Positions 48,701-60,344 of a stretch of 64,000 nucleotides of DNA are shown in pieces (position 1 is the stretch's first letter; each line of letters begins with the position of its first letter). The DNA comes from Myxococcales bacterium. GTDB lineage: Bacteria > Myxococcota_A > UBA9042 > JABWCM01 > BTVJ01. The notes beneath the pieces are model-generated. The model worked only from the letters and a program-made list of their open reading frames with translations, was not told where the DNA came from and did not search any database. The stretch lies in NCBI GenBank assembly GCA_045863395.1, contig BTVJ01000043.1, positions 1 to 64,000 on the forward strand. The letters are read 5' to 3'. The position numbers and the translations under genes were made by a program.

Positions 48701-50387
48701 CACACCCCTCCGGGAGGTCTGCATGGCGTGGGAGGTCGAGCTGACGGCCCGGTTCTACGAGGTGGACCGGGCGGGGATCGTGTTCTTCGGGCGCATCTTC
48801 GAGTACTGCCACGTCGCCTACGAGGAGCTGTGGACCGCGGCGCTCGGGCGCTTCGAGGCGGCCTTCGAGGCGGCCGAGTGGGCCACGCCGCTCGTCCACG
48901 CGGAGGCCGACTTCAAGCGACCCATCCGCATGGGCGACCGCTTCACGGTCAGCCTGGAGCTGGTGGAGCGGGGTGAGCGCTCCCTGACCTTCGGCTATCG
49001 GCTCGTGGGGACCGACGGCACCTTGCGCGCTACGGCGCGGCTCGTACACGCCATCGTCGACCCCCGGTCCTTCCGCCCCATCGCCGCCCCGGCGAGCCTC
49101 CTCGACGCCCTCCGTCGCGTAGAGCTGATCCCGTAGCAGGCGCCGCAGGGGCTTGCCCAGCGGCGTGCGGGGGATGAGCTCGACCGAGATCAGGCGGTCC
49201 GGGGTCGGCACCGGACCCAGGCGCTCGCGGACCCACTCCAGGACCCCGCGGAGGGGCCCCCGGGGGACCACGAAGGCGACGGGGCGCTCGCCCCAACGAG
49301 CGGAGTGGGTGGCAACCACCGCTGCGTCGGCAATGGCGGGGTGGGTGCACAGGGTCTCCTCGATGGGCTCCGGGAGGATCTTCTCTCCACCGGACAGGAT
49401 GGCGTCGTCGGAGCGCCCCACCACCACCACGTTGCCCGCGTCCACCCACCCCACGTCGGTGGTGGTGGTGGGTGTAGCCACCAGCGGACCATCCACCACC
49501 AGGCGCCCGGCGACGGCGGCGACGCGGGCGAAGGGGAGCGGAGGGCCGCTGTGGGGGGCGTCGCTCAGGTCACCGGGGAAGCGCGTCGCCACCTGGGAGG
49601 CCGCCTCCGTCATTCCCCACGAGAGGGCGACGGGGGCGCCGACGTGACGGCACCGAGCGAGGAGCTCGGGGGGGCACGGGGCGCCGCCGAGGAGGATGGC
49701 GCGGAGCGTGGGGGCAAACGGGCGATCCGCGCGGGCGTCCAGCACCCGCGCCAGCATCTGGGGGACCAGCGACACCAGGGTCACGGAGTCCAGCGCCGCG
49801 GCGACCCGGCCGGGGTCGAAGCCCGGGTGCAGGACGACGGTGGTGCCGTACCACGCGCTGCGCAGCAGGACCTGGAGCCCCCCCACGTGGTGGAGCGGCA
49901 GGCAGGCGAGCCAGCGGTCCGCGGGAGAGAGCCCGAGGCGGGTGGCCGACGCAAACGCGGACAGCAGGAGCTGGCCGGTGCTCAGGGTGACCCTGCGCGG
50001 CGTGCCCGTCGTGCCGGAGGTGTGCAGGGCGACCCGCGGCTCGTCCAGTGGCCACGGGCGCTCCGGCGCGGGCGCCAGATCGAGCCGAAGGGCGGCGTCA
50101 TCCAAGCGCCCGCCGTCCAGGGTGGACCCACCGCGGGGCTGCCCCGGCGGCAGCGGCACCGCCACCGCCCCCACCCACCCGAGAGCGTGCAGCGCGACGA
50201 CGGTCTCCACGGTGGGGCGCGCGGGGAGGCCCACCTCGGCGCCAGGCCCCACCCCCGCGTGGTGGAGGCCCGCCGCGAGCCGCCGGACCCGGTCGAGCCC
50301 CTCTCCCCAGGTCAGGGTGACCTCCCCCTCCACCATGGGGTGGTGGGGGCGAACGGCGGCGCTGGCGATGGGGTTGGGGATCAGCAT
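48687..50387 (-). CDS. menE: O-succinylbenzoate-CoA ligase with a ~150-aa C-terminal extension
   Basis: HTSGTTGTPR, LPLHHVGG, SLVPQML, SWGMTEAASQ, GRSDDAILSGGEKI, WGERP, PRTPLGK; no stop until 48687. Confidence 0.88.
   Translation of the reverse strand: MLIPNPIASAAVRPHHPMVEGEVTLTWGEGLDRVRRLAAGLHHAGVGPGAEVGLPARPTVETVVALHALGWVGAVAVPLPPGQPRGGSTLDGGRLDDAALRLDLAPAPERPWPLDEPRVALHTSGTTGTPRRVTLSTGQLLLSAFASATRLGLSPADRWLACLPLHHVGGLQVLLRSAWYGTTVVLHPGFDPGRVAAALDSVTLVSLVPQMLARVLDARADRPFAPTLRAILLGGAPCPPELLARCRHVGAPVALSWGMTEAASQVATRFPGDLSDAPHSGPPLPFARVAAVAGRLVVDGPLVATPTTTTDVGWVDAGNVVVVGRSDDAILSGGEKILPEPIEETLCTHPAIADAAVVATHSARWGERPVAFVVPRGPLRGVLEWVRERLGPVPTPDRLISVELIPRTPLGKPLRRLLRDQLYATEGVEEARRGGDGAEGPGVDDGVYEPRRSAQGAVGPHEPIAEGQGALTPLHQLQADREAVAHADGSLEVGLRVDERRGPLGRLEGRLEAPERRGPQLLVGDVAVLEDAPEEHDPRPVHLVEPGRQLDLPRHADLPEGCDAAR
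48707..48717. promoter_or_regulatory. Palindromic bidirectional Shine-Dalgarno site CCTCC-G-GGAGG
   Basis: GGAGG on + lies 5 nt before ATG 48723; GGAGG on - lies 6 nt before ATG 48700. Confidence 0.65.
48723..49136 (+). CDS. 4HBT-type hotdog acyl-CoA thioesterase, probable DHNA-CoA thioesterase
   Basis: RFYEVDRAGIVFF...YCHVAYEE, PLVHAEADFKRPIRMGD, SLTFGY; sits inside the men cluster on the opposite strand. Confidence 0.85.
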   Translation: MAWEVELTARFYEVDRAGIVFFGRIFEYCHVAYEELWTAALGRFEAAFEAAEWATPLVHAEADFKRPIRMGDRFTVSLELVERGERSLTFGYRLVGTDGTLRATARLVHAIVDPRSFRPIAAPASLLDALRRVELIP

Positions 50388-51304
50388 GGTCCCTCCGGGA
50401 CGGCCAGGCGCCCGGCCTGCGCGACGGGGAAGGGGGCGAGATCCTGCGACAGTGGCGCCTCCAGGCCGTGGTCCTCGTCGCCGGGCAGGGTGGCGGCGAG
50501 GCGCAGGGCCCCAAGGCGCCCCACCGCGGACTCGAGGGCGCAGGTGACCACCACCCGGAGCCCCGCCTCCAGGGCGCGGTGGGCGATGCGCGCACCTTCC
50601 AGGGGGCCACCCGCGAACATGGGCTTCACCACCACCGCGTCGGCGGCCCCCGCCGCGATGACGGCCTCCAGATCTGCCAGGGTCGCCACCGACTCGTCGG
50701 CCGCCACCGCGACGCCGAGGCGACGCACGGCGGCGAGCCCCTCCAGGGTGGGTGTGGGCTGCTCGATCCACTCGATGCCGTGGCGGGCGAGGCGCTCGGT
50801 GGCCCGCAACGCCTGCTCCGTGGTCCAGGCGCCGTTGGCGTCCAGGCGCAGGCGGGCGTCGCTGGCGGCGCGGACGGCGGCCACCCGGGCGTCGTCGGCG
50901 GCGAGGTCCCCTCCGACCTTGATCTTGAGGGTCCGGCGGGTGGGGTCCGGCGCGCCCGTCACCAGGGAGTGGACCCCGACCGTGGGCTGTCGCACGAGCC
51001 CCGGCGACTCGCCGGCGAGCTCCATCAGCGCCTGCTGCACCGCGTGGGCGGCCTCGGGCGGGAGGTCGAGGGAGGGGACGTCCGCCGGGCGCAGCCCGAG
51101 CAGGCGCTGAGGGTCGAGGGCGCGCAGGGCCTCCGCCGGGCAGCGCCCGTCGCCGAAGCCGGGCCACGGCGCCGCGTCGCCCCGCCCGACGCGACCGCTG
51201 TTCGCCAGCGTCAGGATCCACCCGCGGCGCGACGTGAAGACCCCAGTGGCCGTGTGGACCGGCTCCCGGAAGGGCAGCTCGTAGGGCGTCAGCGTCACGT
51301 CCAC
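50381..51304 (-). CDS. menC: O-succinylbenzoate synthase (enolase superfamily)
   Basis: LKIKVG, LRLDANGAW, EWIEQP, AADES, VVKPMFAGG; lies between menA and menE. Confidence 0.9.
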   Translation of the reverse strand: MDVTLTPYELPFREPVHTATGVFTSRRGWILTLANSGRVGRGDAAPWPGFGDGRCPAEALRALDPQRLLGLRPADVPSLDLPPEAAHAVQQALMELAGESPGLVRQPTVGVHSLVTGAPDPTRRTLKIKVGGDLAADDARVAAVRAASDARLRLDANGAWTTEQALRATERLARHGIEWIEQPTPTLEGLAAVRRLGVAVAADESVATLADLEAVIAAGAADAVVVKPMFAGGPLEGARIAHRALEAGLRVVVTCALESAVGRLGALRLAATLPGDEDHGLEAPLSQDLAPFPVAQAGRLAVPEGPC

Positions 51305-52221
51305 GACCGCCCCCAGAGCGCGACGCCCAGCGACAGGAGCGCCCCGAAGGCCACCCCGACCCGCGCGGTGGAGCCCAGGTGGGGGTTGAGGGCCGCGCCG
51401 TCCTTGCGTCGGACCTCGCGCACCTCTCGCACTGCGAGCGGCAGGCTCACCAGGGGAAGGAGCCACCCCGGACCCCCGAGGACCGCAGCCGCGGCGACCA
51501 TCGCATGGGGGGCGAGCAGCGTGACGGCGTGCTCCGCGCGCCCGAAGCGCTCCCCGAAGCGCACGACCAGGGTGCGCTTGCCGGCCCGGGCGTCCGTCTC
51601 CCGGTCACGGAGGTTGTTGACGACGAGGATCGCCGTCGCCATGAGGCCCGTGGCGACCGACGCCCACGCCGCGCCGCCTGTCACGGCGCGCGCCTGGACG
51701 TAGTAGGTCCCGCAGACGGCCGCTCCGCCGAAGAACAGGAGCACGAACAGGTCCCCGAGGCCCACGTAGGCCAGGGGGAACGGGCCGGCGGTGTAGGCCA
51801 CCGCGCAGGCCAGCGACGCGACCCCGATGAGCGCGATGGGCCAGCCGCCGGCGGCGACGAGCGCGATCCCCACGACCACGGCGCCAGCGAGGGCGGCGGC
51901 GGCGCCGGCCGCGACCTCCCGCTCGGTGAGCCACCCCCGCTGGACGGCACGGGGCGGCCCGAGGCGCTCGGCGGTGTCGGCGCCCCGGCGGAAGTCACCC
52001 AGATCATTGACCAGGTTGGTGCCCACCTGGATGAGCACGGCCCCGAGCAGCGCGGCGCCCGCGAGCGCGGGCCGCGCGACGCCATCCGCGACGGCGAGGG
52101 CGGTCCCGACGACCACGGGGACGACCCCCGCGGTCAGGGTCGCCGGGCGCGCCGCCGCGAGCCACGCCCGCAGCCGGCCGGGGTGGCCGGCGATGCCCCT
52201 GGGCCGTGCGGCCGTGCTCAC
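51295..52221 (-). CDS. menA: DHNA polyprenyltransferase
   Basis: [57 protein letters not shown] overlap with menB. Confidence 0.93.
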   Translation of the reverse strand: MSTAARPRGIAGHPGRLRAWLAAARPATLTAGVVPVVVGTALAVADGVARPALAGAALLGAVLIQVGTNLVNDLGDFRRGADTAERLGPPRAVQRGWLTEREVAAGAAAALAGAVVVGIALVAAGGWPIALIGVASLACAVAYTAGPFPLAYVGLGDLFVLLFFGGAAVCGTYYVQARAVTGGAAWASVATGLMATAILVVNNLRDRETDARAGKRTLVVRFGERFGRAEHAVTLLAPHAMVAAAAVLGGPGWLLPLVSLPLAVREVREVRRKDGAALNPHLGSTARVGVAFGALLSLGVALWGRSWT

Positions 52222-53036
52222 GGCAGCCTCGGGAAGCGCGAGAAGTCGGGGGACCGCTTCTCCAGGTACGCGGCCTTGCCCTCCTGCCCCTCCTCCGTCA
52301 TGTAGAACAGCAGCGTCGCGTTGCCCGCCAGCTCCTGGATGCCCGCCTGCCCGTCCAGCTCCGCGTTGAACGACGCCTTGAGCAGCCGCAGCGCCATGGG
52401 CGAGTGCTGGAGCATCTCGCGGCACCACCGGATGGTCTCCGCCTCCAGCTCCTCCAGGGGCACCACCGCGTTGACGAGGCCCATCTGCAGGGCCTCGCGG
52501 GCGTCGTACTGGCGGCAGAGGAACCAGATCTCCCGTGCCTTCTTCTGGCCGACGCTGCGAGCCAGGTAGCTCGCACCGAAGCCCCCGTCGAAGCTGCCGA
52601 CCCGGGGGCCCGTCTGCCCGAACACGGCGTTGTCGGCGGCGATGGTCAGGTCGCACACCACGTGCAGCACGTGGCCCCCACCGATGGCGTACCCGGCGAC
52701 GGCGGCCACCACCGGCTTCGGCAGGGAGCGGATCTGCTTCTGCAGGTCGAGCACGTTGAGGCGAGGCACCCCGTCGTCCCCCACGTAGCCCCGGTCGCCG
52801 CGCACCCGCTGGTCCCCACCGGAGCAGAAGGCGAGCGGCCCCTTGCCGGTCAGGATCACCACCCCAACGCTCGCGTCCTCGCGGGCGTCCGCGAAGGCGT
52901 GGGAGAGCTCGGTCAGGGTCTGCGGCCGGAAGGCGTTGCGCACCTCCGGGCGGTTGATGGTCACCCGGGCCATGCCCGCCCACTTCTCGTAGAGGATGTC
53001 GTCGTACCGCCCCGCCTGGGTCCAGTCTGGGTGCAT
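52218..53036 (-). CDS. menB: 1,4-dihydroxy-2-naphthoyl-CoA synthase
   Basis: [52 protein letters not shown]. Confidence 0.97.
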   Translation of the reverse strand: MHPDWTQAGRYDDILYEKWAGMARVTINRPEVRNAFRPQTLTELSHAFADAREDASVGVVILTGKGPLAFCSGGDQRVRGDRGYVGDDGVPRLNVLDLQKQIRSLPKPVVAAVAGYAIGGGHVLHVVCDLTIAADNAVFGQTGPRVGSFDGGFGASYLARSVGQKKAREIWFLCRQYDAREALQMGLVNAVVPLEELEAETIRWCREMLQHSPMALRLLKASFNAELDGQAGIQELAGNATLLFYMTEEGQEGKAAYLEKRSPDFSRFPRLP

Positions 53037-53045
53037 CTCGCTCTC

Positions 53046-54671
53046 CTACAAGCGCGCCCGGCGCGCGTTGGCTGTCTCTCGATCCACCACCGCGTGGATC
53101 ACGGTCACCCCGTCGCGGGCGAGCGCCTCGGACAGGGACCGCCGCAGGGCTTGGAGATCATCCACCCGCACGGCGTATGCCCCGAGCCCCGCCGCCGCGG
53201 CGGCCAGATCCCCGGGCTGGGGCGTCAGGAACAGGCGCTCGAAGGCGCCCTCGTGGCGCGCGATGGGGAGGGTCCCGAAGATCCCCCCTCCCCCGTTGTC
53301 GGCGACCACCACCACGAGGCGTGCGCCGAGCGCCCTCGCCGCGTGGAGCGCCGCGTGGTCATGCAGGAAGGCCAGGTCCCCCACCAGCGCCACCACCGGC
53401 CCCCGCCACCCGAGCGATGCGCCGAGCGCGGTGGCGATGGTCCCGTCGATGCCGTTGGCGCCCCGGTTGGAGGTCACGGCGAAGGGCGCAGGGGGCGCGA
53501 ACGCGTCCAGGTCCCGCACGGGCATGCTGCTCGCGACGTGGAGCAGCCCCGACGGGGGCAAGGCGGCCGCCACCTCCCGCGCCACCGCACCCTCCCACAA
53601 GGTGTCACACAGCGAGGCGGCCCGGGCGCGCGCGTCGGCGTCCGCAGCCTCCCAGGCCGCCAGCCACGCCGGGTCCGCGGGCCTGACCCGCGGCACGAGG
53701 GCCTCGCAGAGGGACGCGGGCTCCACCGCCGCCAGCAGGGTCGTCGTGTGGGACGGGTCGAGCCAGTCGCCGTCCGGGTCGACCAGCACCGTCTCCGCCC
53801 CCACCAGGCGCTCCGCCACCCGCCGGCGGGTGGGGGGCTGGCCGAGGCGGAGGACCACCTCCGGCGGCTCCATGCCGAGGACCGCCCCGGTGGAGTGGCC
53901 TCGGAGCTGGGACAGGGGCTCGGCGACCACCGGCCACCCCAGCGCCGCACCGAGCCGGGCGACCGCTGCGCCCACCGCGCGGTCCCCCGGGGGCGCCGCG
54001 CGAGGCCCGGCGTAGATGACGCCGCGCCCCACCAGACGCTCGGCCACGGCGGCGGCGGTGGAGGCGTCGGCGGTGGGGGGCGGGCGCAGGATGCGCGCAG
54101 GCTCGACCGCGACGGGCTTCGCGCCCGGCTCCCACAGCGGCTCGCGGAACGCGACGTTGGCGTGGACCGGGCCGCGGGCGGCGTCCAGGAGACGCGCTGC
54201 CACCGTGCGAAGCCAGCGAGGGTCCACCCCGGCGCTCGCGGGGCCCACGTCGACGCGCAGCAGCGCGTAGGGCGCAAACAGCTCCGCCTGCGGGACGGTC
54301 TGGGGCGCGCCGCAGCCGTGCAGCTCCGGGGGGCGGTCCGCCGTCAGCAGGATCAGGGGCACCCGGGAGTGGCGCGCCTCGATGACGGCGGGGAGCCAGT
54401 GGGCGCCCGCGCTCCCGGAGGTGCAGACCAGCGCGACGGGCCCCGCCACCCGCGCGAGGCCCAGCGCCACGAAGGCCGCCACGCGCTCGTCGAGGACCAC
54501 GTGCGTCCGGGCGTCCGCGTCCGCAAACGCGAGCACCAACGGGGTGCTCCTCGAACCGGGAGACATGACCACGTGCCGCACGCCGCCGGCCACCAGGGAC
54601 CGGGCGAGGACCGCGGCGGCCTCGGCGTTTGCGCGCGCCGTCTCGGGTGCGCCCTCAGCGACGCCGCTCAC
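53046..54671 (-). CDS. menD: SEPHCHC synthase (ThDP-dependent)
   Basis: SPGSRSTPL, DERVAAF, CTSGSA, TADRPPEL, SSMPVRD, NRGANGIDG, GDLAFLHD, DNGGGGIF. Confidence 0.95.
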   Translation of the reverse strand: MSGVAEGAPETARANAEAAAVLARSLVAGGVRHVVMSPGSRSTPLVLAFADADARTHVVLDERVAAFVALGLARVAGPVALVCTSGSAGAHWLPAVIEARHSRVPLILLTADRPPELHGCGAPQTVPQAELFAPYALLRVDVGPASAGVDPRWLRTVAARLLDAARGPVHANVAFREPLWEPGAKPVAVEPARILRPPPTADASTAAAVAERLVGRGVIYAGPRAAPPGDRAVGAAVARLGAALGWPVVAEPLSQLRGHSTGAVLGMEPPEVVLRLGQPPTRRRVAERLVGAETVLVDPDGDWLDPSHTTTLLAAVEPASLCEALVPRVRPADPAWLAAWEAADADARARAASLCDTLWEGAVAREVAAALPPSGLLHVASSMPVRDLDAFAPPAPFAVTSNRGANGIDGTIATALGASLGWRGPVVALVGDLAFLHDHAALHAARALGARLVVVVADNGGGGIFGTLPIARHEGAFERLFLTPQPGDLAAAAAGLGAYAVRVDDLQALRRSLSEALARDGVTVIHAVVDRETANARRARL

Positions 54672-56074
54672 GGCCGGCTCCGCCGGGCGCAGAGCGCCTC
54701 CCGGATGACGCCCAGCTTCAGGTGGGTCTCCCGCCACTCGGCCTCCGGGTCCGACCCGCGCACGACGCCCGCGCCGGCCCACGCCAGCGCCTCGTCGGGC
54801 CGCACCAGCGCGGCGCGGATCCCCAGCGCAAAGGTGGCCTCCCCCGGGGCCGCCCACCCGACGGGTCCGGCGAAGAGCCCACGGGCCACGGGCTCCTCCC
54901 GCCGCAGCCAGGCGAGGGCCTCCTCGCGGGGCCACCCGCCCACCGCGGGGGTGGGGTGCATCCGCGCGAGCAGGTCGAGGAGGGGTGCCTGGCTCCGGCC
55001 AGTGATGCGGGTCTCCAGGTGCAGCATGGTGGGGAGGTGCGCGACCCCAGGGGGCGCGACGCGCAGGTCCTCGCAGAGCGGCGCCAGGGCCGCGGCCAGC
55101 GCGTCGACCACCATGCGGTGCTCCCGGCGCTCCTTGGCGCTCTCCAGGAGCGCGCGGGCCAGCTCGCCGTCCCGCTCCGGGTCCGAGCCTCGGGCGGCCG
55201 TGCCCGCGAGGGGGCGGCTCTCCACCCGGTCCCCGTCCCGGCGCAGCAGGAGCTCGGGGGAGGCCCCGAGGAACCACCCACCGGGGCCGCCCACCCCGAA
55301 GCACAGCGCGCCCGGGTTGCGCCGGCGGAGCGCGTCCAACGTAGCCGACGGGTCGAAGCGGAACCCGAGGGGCGGGAGCAGCCGCACGGCGCGGGCGGGC
55401 ACCACCTTGCGAAGCGCGCCCGCGGAGATCGCGTGGAGCGCCCTCTCGACGCGAGCGCACCACTCCTCCCGGGGCTCCGAGGACCGCGCGAGGAGGCCCG
55501 GGCACGCGGCCCCCACCTCGCGCGCCCACGAGGCGCCGGCGGTCCGCCGGGAGAGCCGCTCCAGGCCCGCAGCCGCACGCGCGGCCACGTCTGCGGGCCG
55601 CTCTCCCGGACGCACCCACACCTGGGCGACGAGGCCGCGCTCCTCCCCCCGCCTCCACGCCACCGTGGACGGCACCCGCGCGACGGGCGCCCAGCCCTCC
55701 CACTCCCCCGCCAGAGACGTGGCGTCGAAGGGCAGCGCGACCGCGGCGGCGGGCGCGCCTGCCGCTTCCGACCCCACCTCCACCACTTGTTCACGTCTCT
55801 GTGAACATGACCCGAGCACGCCGTCGAGGTGACCGGCCGCCTCCTCCCCAAAGCCGACGAAGCACAGCCCGCTCCACGGATCGTCCATGGCCACGCCGAC
55901 ATCCGCTCCGAGCAAGGCCCAGGGGTCGTCGACGGCGAGGAGGCCGTGGACCCGGAGCAGCGCTCCCCCTTCCCGGCTGGCCACCGCGACCGCGGCGCGG
56001 GCGCCGTCGAGCACCTGCGCCTCGACGGCGGTCAGACTGGCCTCGTGAGCGCCCGTGGCTGGTAGAGCTTGCAT
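54668..56074 (-). CDS. menF: Isochorismate synthase
   Basis: KVVPAR, FLGASPELL, LAGT, KERREH, HPTPAVGGWP, RGLFAGPVGW, AGAGVVRGSDPEAEWRET; ATG 56074 with GGGAG RBS. Confidence 0.9.
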   Translation of the reverse strand: MQALPATGAHEASLTAVEAQVLDGARAAVAVASREGGALLRVHGLLAVDDPWALLGADVGVAMDDPWSGLCFVGFGEEAAGHLDGVLGSCSQRREQVVEVGSEAAGAPAAAVALPFDATSLAGEWEGWAPVARVPSTVAWRRGEERGLVAQVWVRPGERPADVAARAAAGLERLSRRTAGASWAREVGAACPGLLARSSEPREEWCARVERALHAISAGALRKVVPARAVRLLPPLGFRFDPSATLDALRRRNPGALCFGVGGPGGWFLGASPELLLRRDGDRVESRPLAGTAARGSDPERDGELARALLESAKERREHRMVVDALAAALAPLCEDLRVAPPGVAHLPTMLHLETRITGRSQAPLLDLLARMHPTPAVGGWPREEALAWLRREEPVARGLFAGPVGWAAPGEATFALGIRAALVRPDEALAWAGAGVVRGSDPEAEWRETHLKLGVIREALCARRSRP

Positions 56075-56093
56075 TGGAACACTCCCACCGATC

Positions 56094-56115
56094 TTGTTCA
56101 CGATGCCTTGAACAA
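56094..56115. promoter_or_regulatory. Perfect inverted-repeat operator candidate
   Basis: TTGTTCA-N8-TGAACAA, ~20 nt upstream of the menF start, between menF and the divergent regulator. Confidence 0.65.
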
Positions 56116-56257
56116 CGTGATCACCACTCTTAGTCCGGCCCGCGAGCCGACGCAAGCAGGAGCTGAATCGCTCTGTTGTTCCATGGACTTGCCGGACCAC
56201 GCTGCATCAGATCCCCCCTCGACGCCGCCGGACGGCGGGTGTAGGATGCTTCACGCC

Positions 56258-56836
56258 ATGATGAAGAAGCGGGACGAATCCGAGCACGCGCCCCCAGCCG
56301 ACCCGCTGGACAGGCGCGTCATCGAGGTGTGCGACGCCGCGGGCTCGTTCATCGAGTACTGGGGCTTCAAGGCGGTGCAGGGGCGCATCTGGACGCTCCT
56401 CGCGCTGCACGCTGAGCCCCTGTCACAGACGGAGGTCGCCGAGCTGCTCGGCATCAGCCGCTCCCTGGTCAGCGGCACGGTGGCGGAGCTGGTCGCCCTG
56501 GGGCTGCTCCGTCAGGTGGGCGACCACAGGAACGACCCCTACGAGGCGGTCGTGGACGTGTGGCCCACCATCGCGGACGTGCTCCGCAGCCGGGAGTGGA
56601 TGCTCATCAAGAAGGCGCGCCTCGCCCTGGAGGCCGCCATCGAGGAGGCGGAGCTCGCAGGCCCCCAGGGGCACTCCTGGTCCGTGTCCCGCATGCGCCT
56701 CCTGCTCACCATGACGGAGATGGCCCAGTCCCTGCTGCGCATGCTCATCGCCATCCGGGTCCCCCGGTCCCTGGACAGCTTCGCCGACTGGATCCGCAAG
56801 GCCGGCGCCTTCCTCGGAGCGTTCAGGCCCGGCTGA
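56258..56836 (+). CDS. GbsR/MarR-family transcriptional regulator
   Basis: GSFIEYWGFKAVQGRIWTLL...PLSQTEVAELLGISRSLVS winged-helix pattern; start could be 56246, 56258 or 56261. Confidence 0.82.
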   Translation: MMKKRDESEHAPPADPLDRRVIEVCDAAGSFIEYWGFKAVQGRIWTLLALHAEPLSQTEVAELLGISRSLVSGTVAELVALGLLRQVGDHRNDPYEAVVDVWPTIADVLRSREWMLIKKARLALEAAIEEAELAGPQGHSWSVSRMRLLLTMTEMAQSLLRMLIAIRVPRSLDSFADWIRKAGAFLGAFRPG

Positions 56837-56901
56837 CGGGACCCCAAGGAGCCACGACACCGCTCCCGGGGGTGTGCCGGTCGGTGCGCCCCCGCGCCCG
56901 C

Positions 56902-59030
56902 CTATCCACCCACCCACCGCCGGGCCCCCGCCACGTCGAGCAGCGCGCGGGCGATGACCTCGCGCTCCACCCACGGAGGCATCAGCGGCTGGAACTTGCT
57001 GAGGCGGTAGCTCGGCAGCCCCTCCGCCACCTCCGCCCAGAGCTTCGCGTCCTCCCACAGGGCCGGGTCTGCGAGGCGCGCCCGCGCCTCCCCCACCGCC
57101 CGCGCGTCCACGTGGTCTCCCCGCACCCGCACCGCGTGGTTGTCGGGGGTGACCTTCCAGCCCGTCCCGAGCGCCTCCAGCGCGTAGCGCAGCGTCGCGT
57201 TGATGCGCCCCCCGGCGAAGGTCCACCAGCGGACCTCGCCGCCGGTCCCGCTGCTCCCGCCGCCCGCGTCCAGCTCCTCGATGCCCCCTCGCGGGTCGTC
57301 GAGCAGGCCCGCCATGGCCTCGCGCCTCTCGCTGAGCACCGCCCAGGCCGCGTCGTCCAGGTACGCCGGCCGCCCCTCGCCCCGCAACGCCTCCCGGGCC
57401 GCCTGGCACACCTCGAAGCCCAGGAACTGCGGCAGGATGCCGCCCCACGTCGGCTGCCTGCCCCGGGGGGCCGGCTCCACGACCACCCGGCGGTCGTCGT
57501 GGCGCACCGCGACCACCGCCCACGCGCGCCCGCCGAGGAGGAAGCTGCTGACGCCGTCCACGAGGCGGTCCACGAAGGCCTGGGTCAGCGTGCCGAGGGG
57601 CTGCGCCCCCAGCGTCTCGACCGAGTAGGTCTGCGGGCTCGAGAAGACCGCGTAGAGCTCCATGAAGCTCTTCCGCCCGTAGCGCCGCTCCGCCTTCGGG
57701 CCGAGGACGAGGCGGCCCCCGGCGAGCCGCAGGGCCCCGTCCTTCAGCATCCACCCGACGAGCCGCTCCCCCTCGTCGCGCGAGATGCCCGCAAAGTCCG
57801 ACACCGTCGCGAGGTGCTGCCAGGCGTCGTCGAACGTGACCCCGTCGTCCGCAAGCGCCATCGCCAGGAGCTGGTGGAGCAGCACGGGCCAGCAGCGCCC
57901 GTCCAGCGCCACGCTCTCGACCCACCCCGCCCGCGCCAGCTCGATGAGCGCCACCGCCTGCACCACGCCCTCGGCCGTCTCGCAGAAGAAGGTGGTGTTC
58001 GCCGCCTGCCCCGGCCGCCGCCCCGTGCGGCCCATGCGCTGCAGGAACGAGCCCACCGTGTCCGGCGCCTCGGCCTGCATCACCCGGTCCAGGTCGCCCA
58101 CGTCGATGCCCAGCTCCAGGGTGGACGTGCACACCACGCACGCGTCGCTCCCGTGGTGGAAGCGCTCCTCCGCGAGGAGCCGCTCCTCCCTCGACACGGC
58201 GCTGTGGTGGACGAACACCGCCGTCCCCGCCCGCCGGAGCTGCTCCGCCACCGCCTCCGTCGTCGCCCGCGACTGGCAGAAGAACAGGCTCTTCGCCCCC
58301 CGCGCCAGCCGCGCCGCGTCCCGCGCCACCACCCCCAGGTGCGGCCGGTGCGCCACCAGGAGCTGCCGCCGCGCCGGCTCCCGCGGCGGGTCCACCACCA
58401 CCCCGCTCCGCCGCGACGTGCCCGCCAGCCACCCGAGGATCGCAGCCGGGTTGCCCACCGTCGCCGACAGCCCCACCCGCTGCACGTCGTGCCGCGACAG
58501 GCGCGCCACCCGCTCGAGGACGCTCATCAGGTGTGCCCCCCGGTCCGTCCCCGCCAGCGCGTGGATCTCGTCGACGATCACCGCCCGCAGGTCTGAGAAC
58601 AGCCGCCCCGCATCCACCTTGCGCGACGCCAGCATCACCTCCAGCGACTCGGGCGTCGTCATCAGGAGCGCCGCCGGCTCGCGCAGGAAGCGCGCCCGCT
58701 CCGCCGCGGGCGTGTCCCCGTGCCACACGAAGCGCGAGAGCCCGACCATCTCCGTGTACAGCCCGAGCCGGTCCGCCTGGTTGTTGAGCAGCGCCTTGAT
58801 CGGCGCCACGTAGAGGGCCCCCACGCCGCCGGGCGCGTCCTCCACGAGCCCGGACAGCACGGGGAACACCGCCGCCTCGGTCTTGCCCCCCGCCGTCGGC
58901 GCCAGGATGACGGCGTTGCTCCCCCCGAGGAGCGCGGCGCCCGCCTGCTCCTGCACCGGCCGCAGGCTCGTCCACCCGAGGCGCGCCGCGATGGCCTGCT
59001 GGAGCCGCGGCGCCAGCCGGGCGAACACGC

Positions 59031-59034
<4 letters not shown>
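56902..59034 (-). CDS. brxHI: Lhr-like DEAH helicase (BREX BrxHI)
   Basis: APTAGGKTEA, PIKAL, TTPESLE, DEIH, SAT, TSTLELGIDVG, QRMGRTGR; GTGA-coupled to brxD. Confidence 0.85.

Positions 59035-60331
<1,297 letters not shown>

Positions 60332-60344
<13 letters not shown>

Noticed and set aside
52206..55832. 1208-aa plus-strand ORF
   Set aside because: Antisense to menB/menD/menF, which carry the real motifs.
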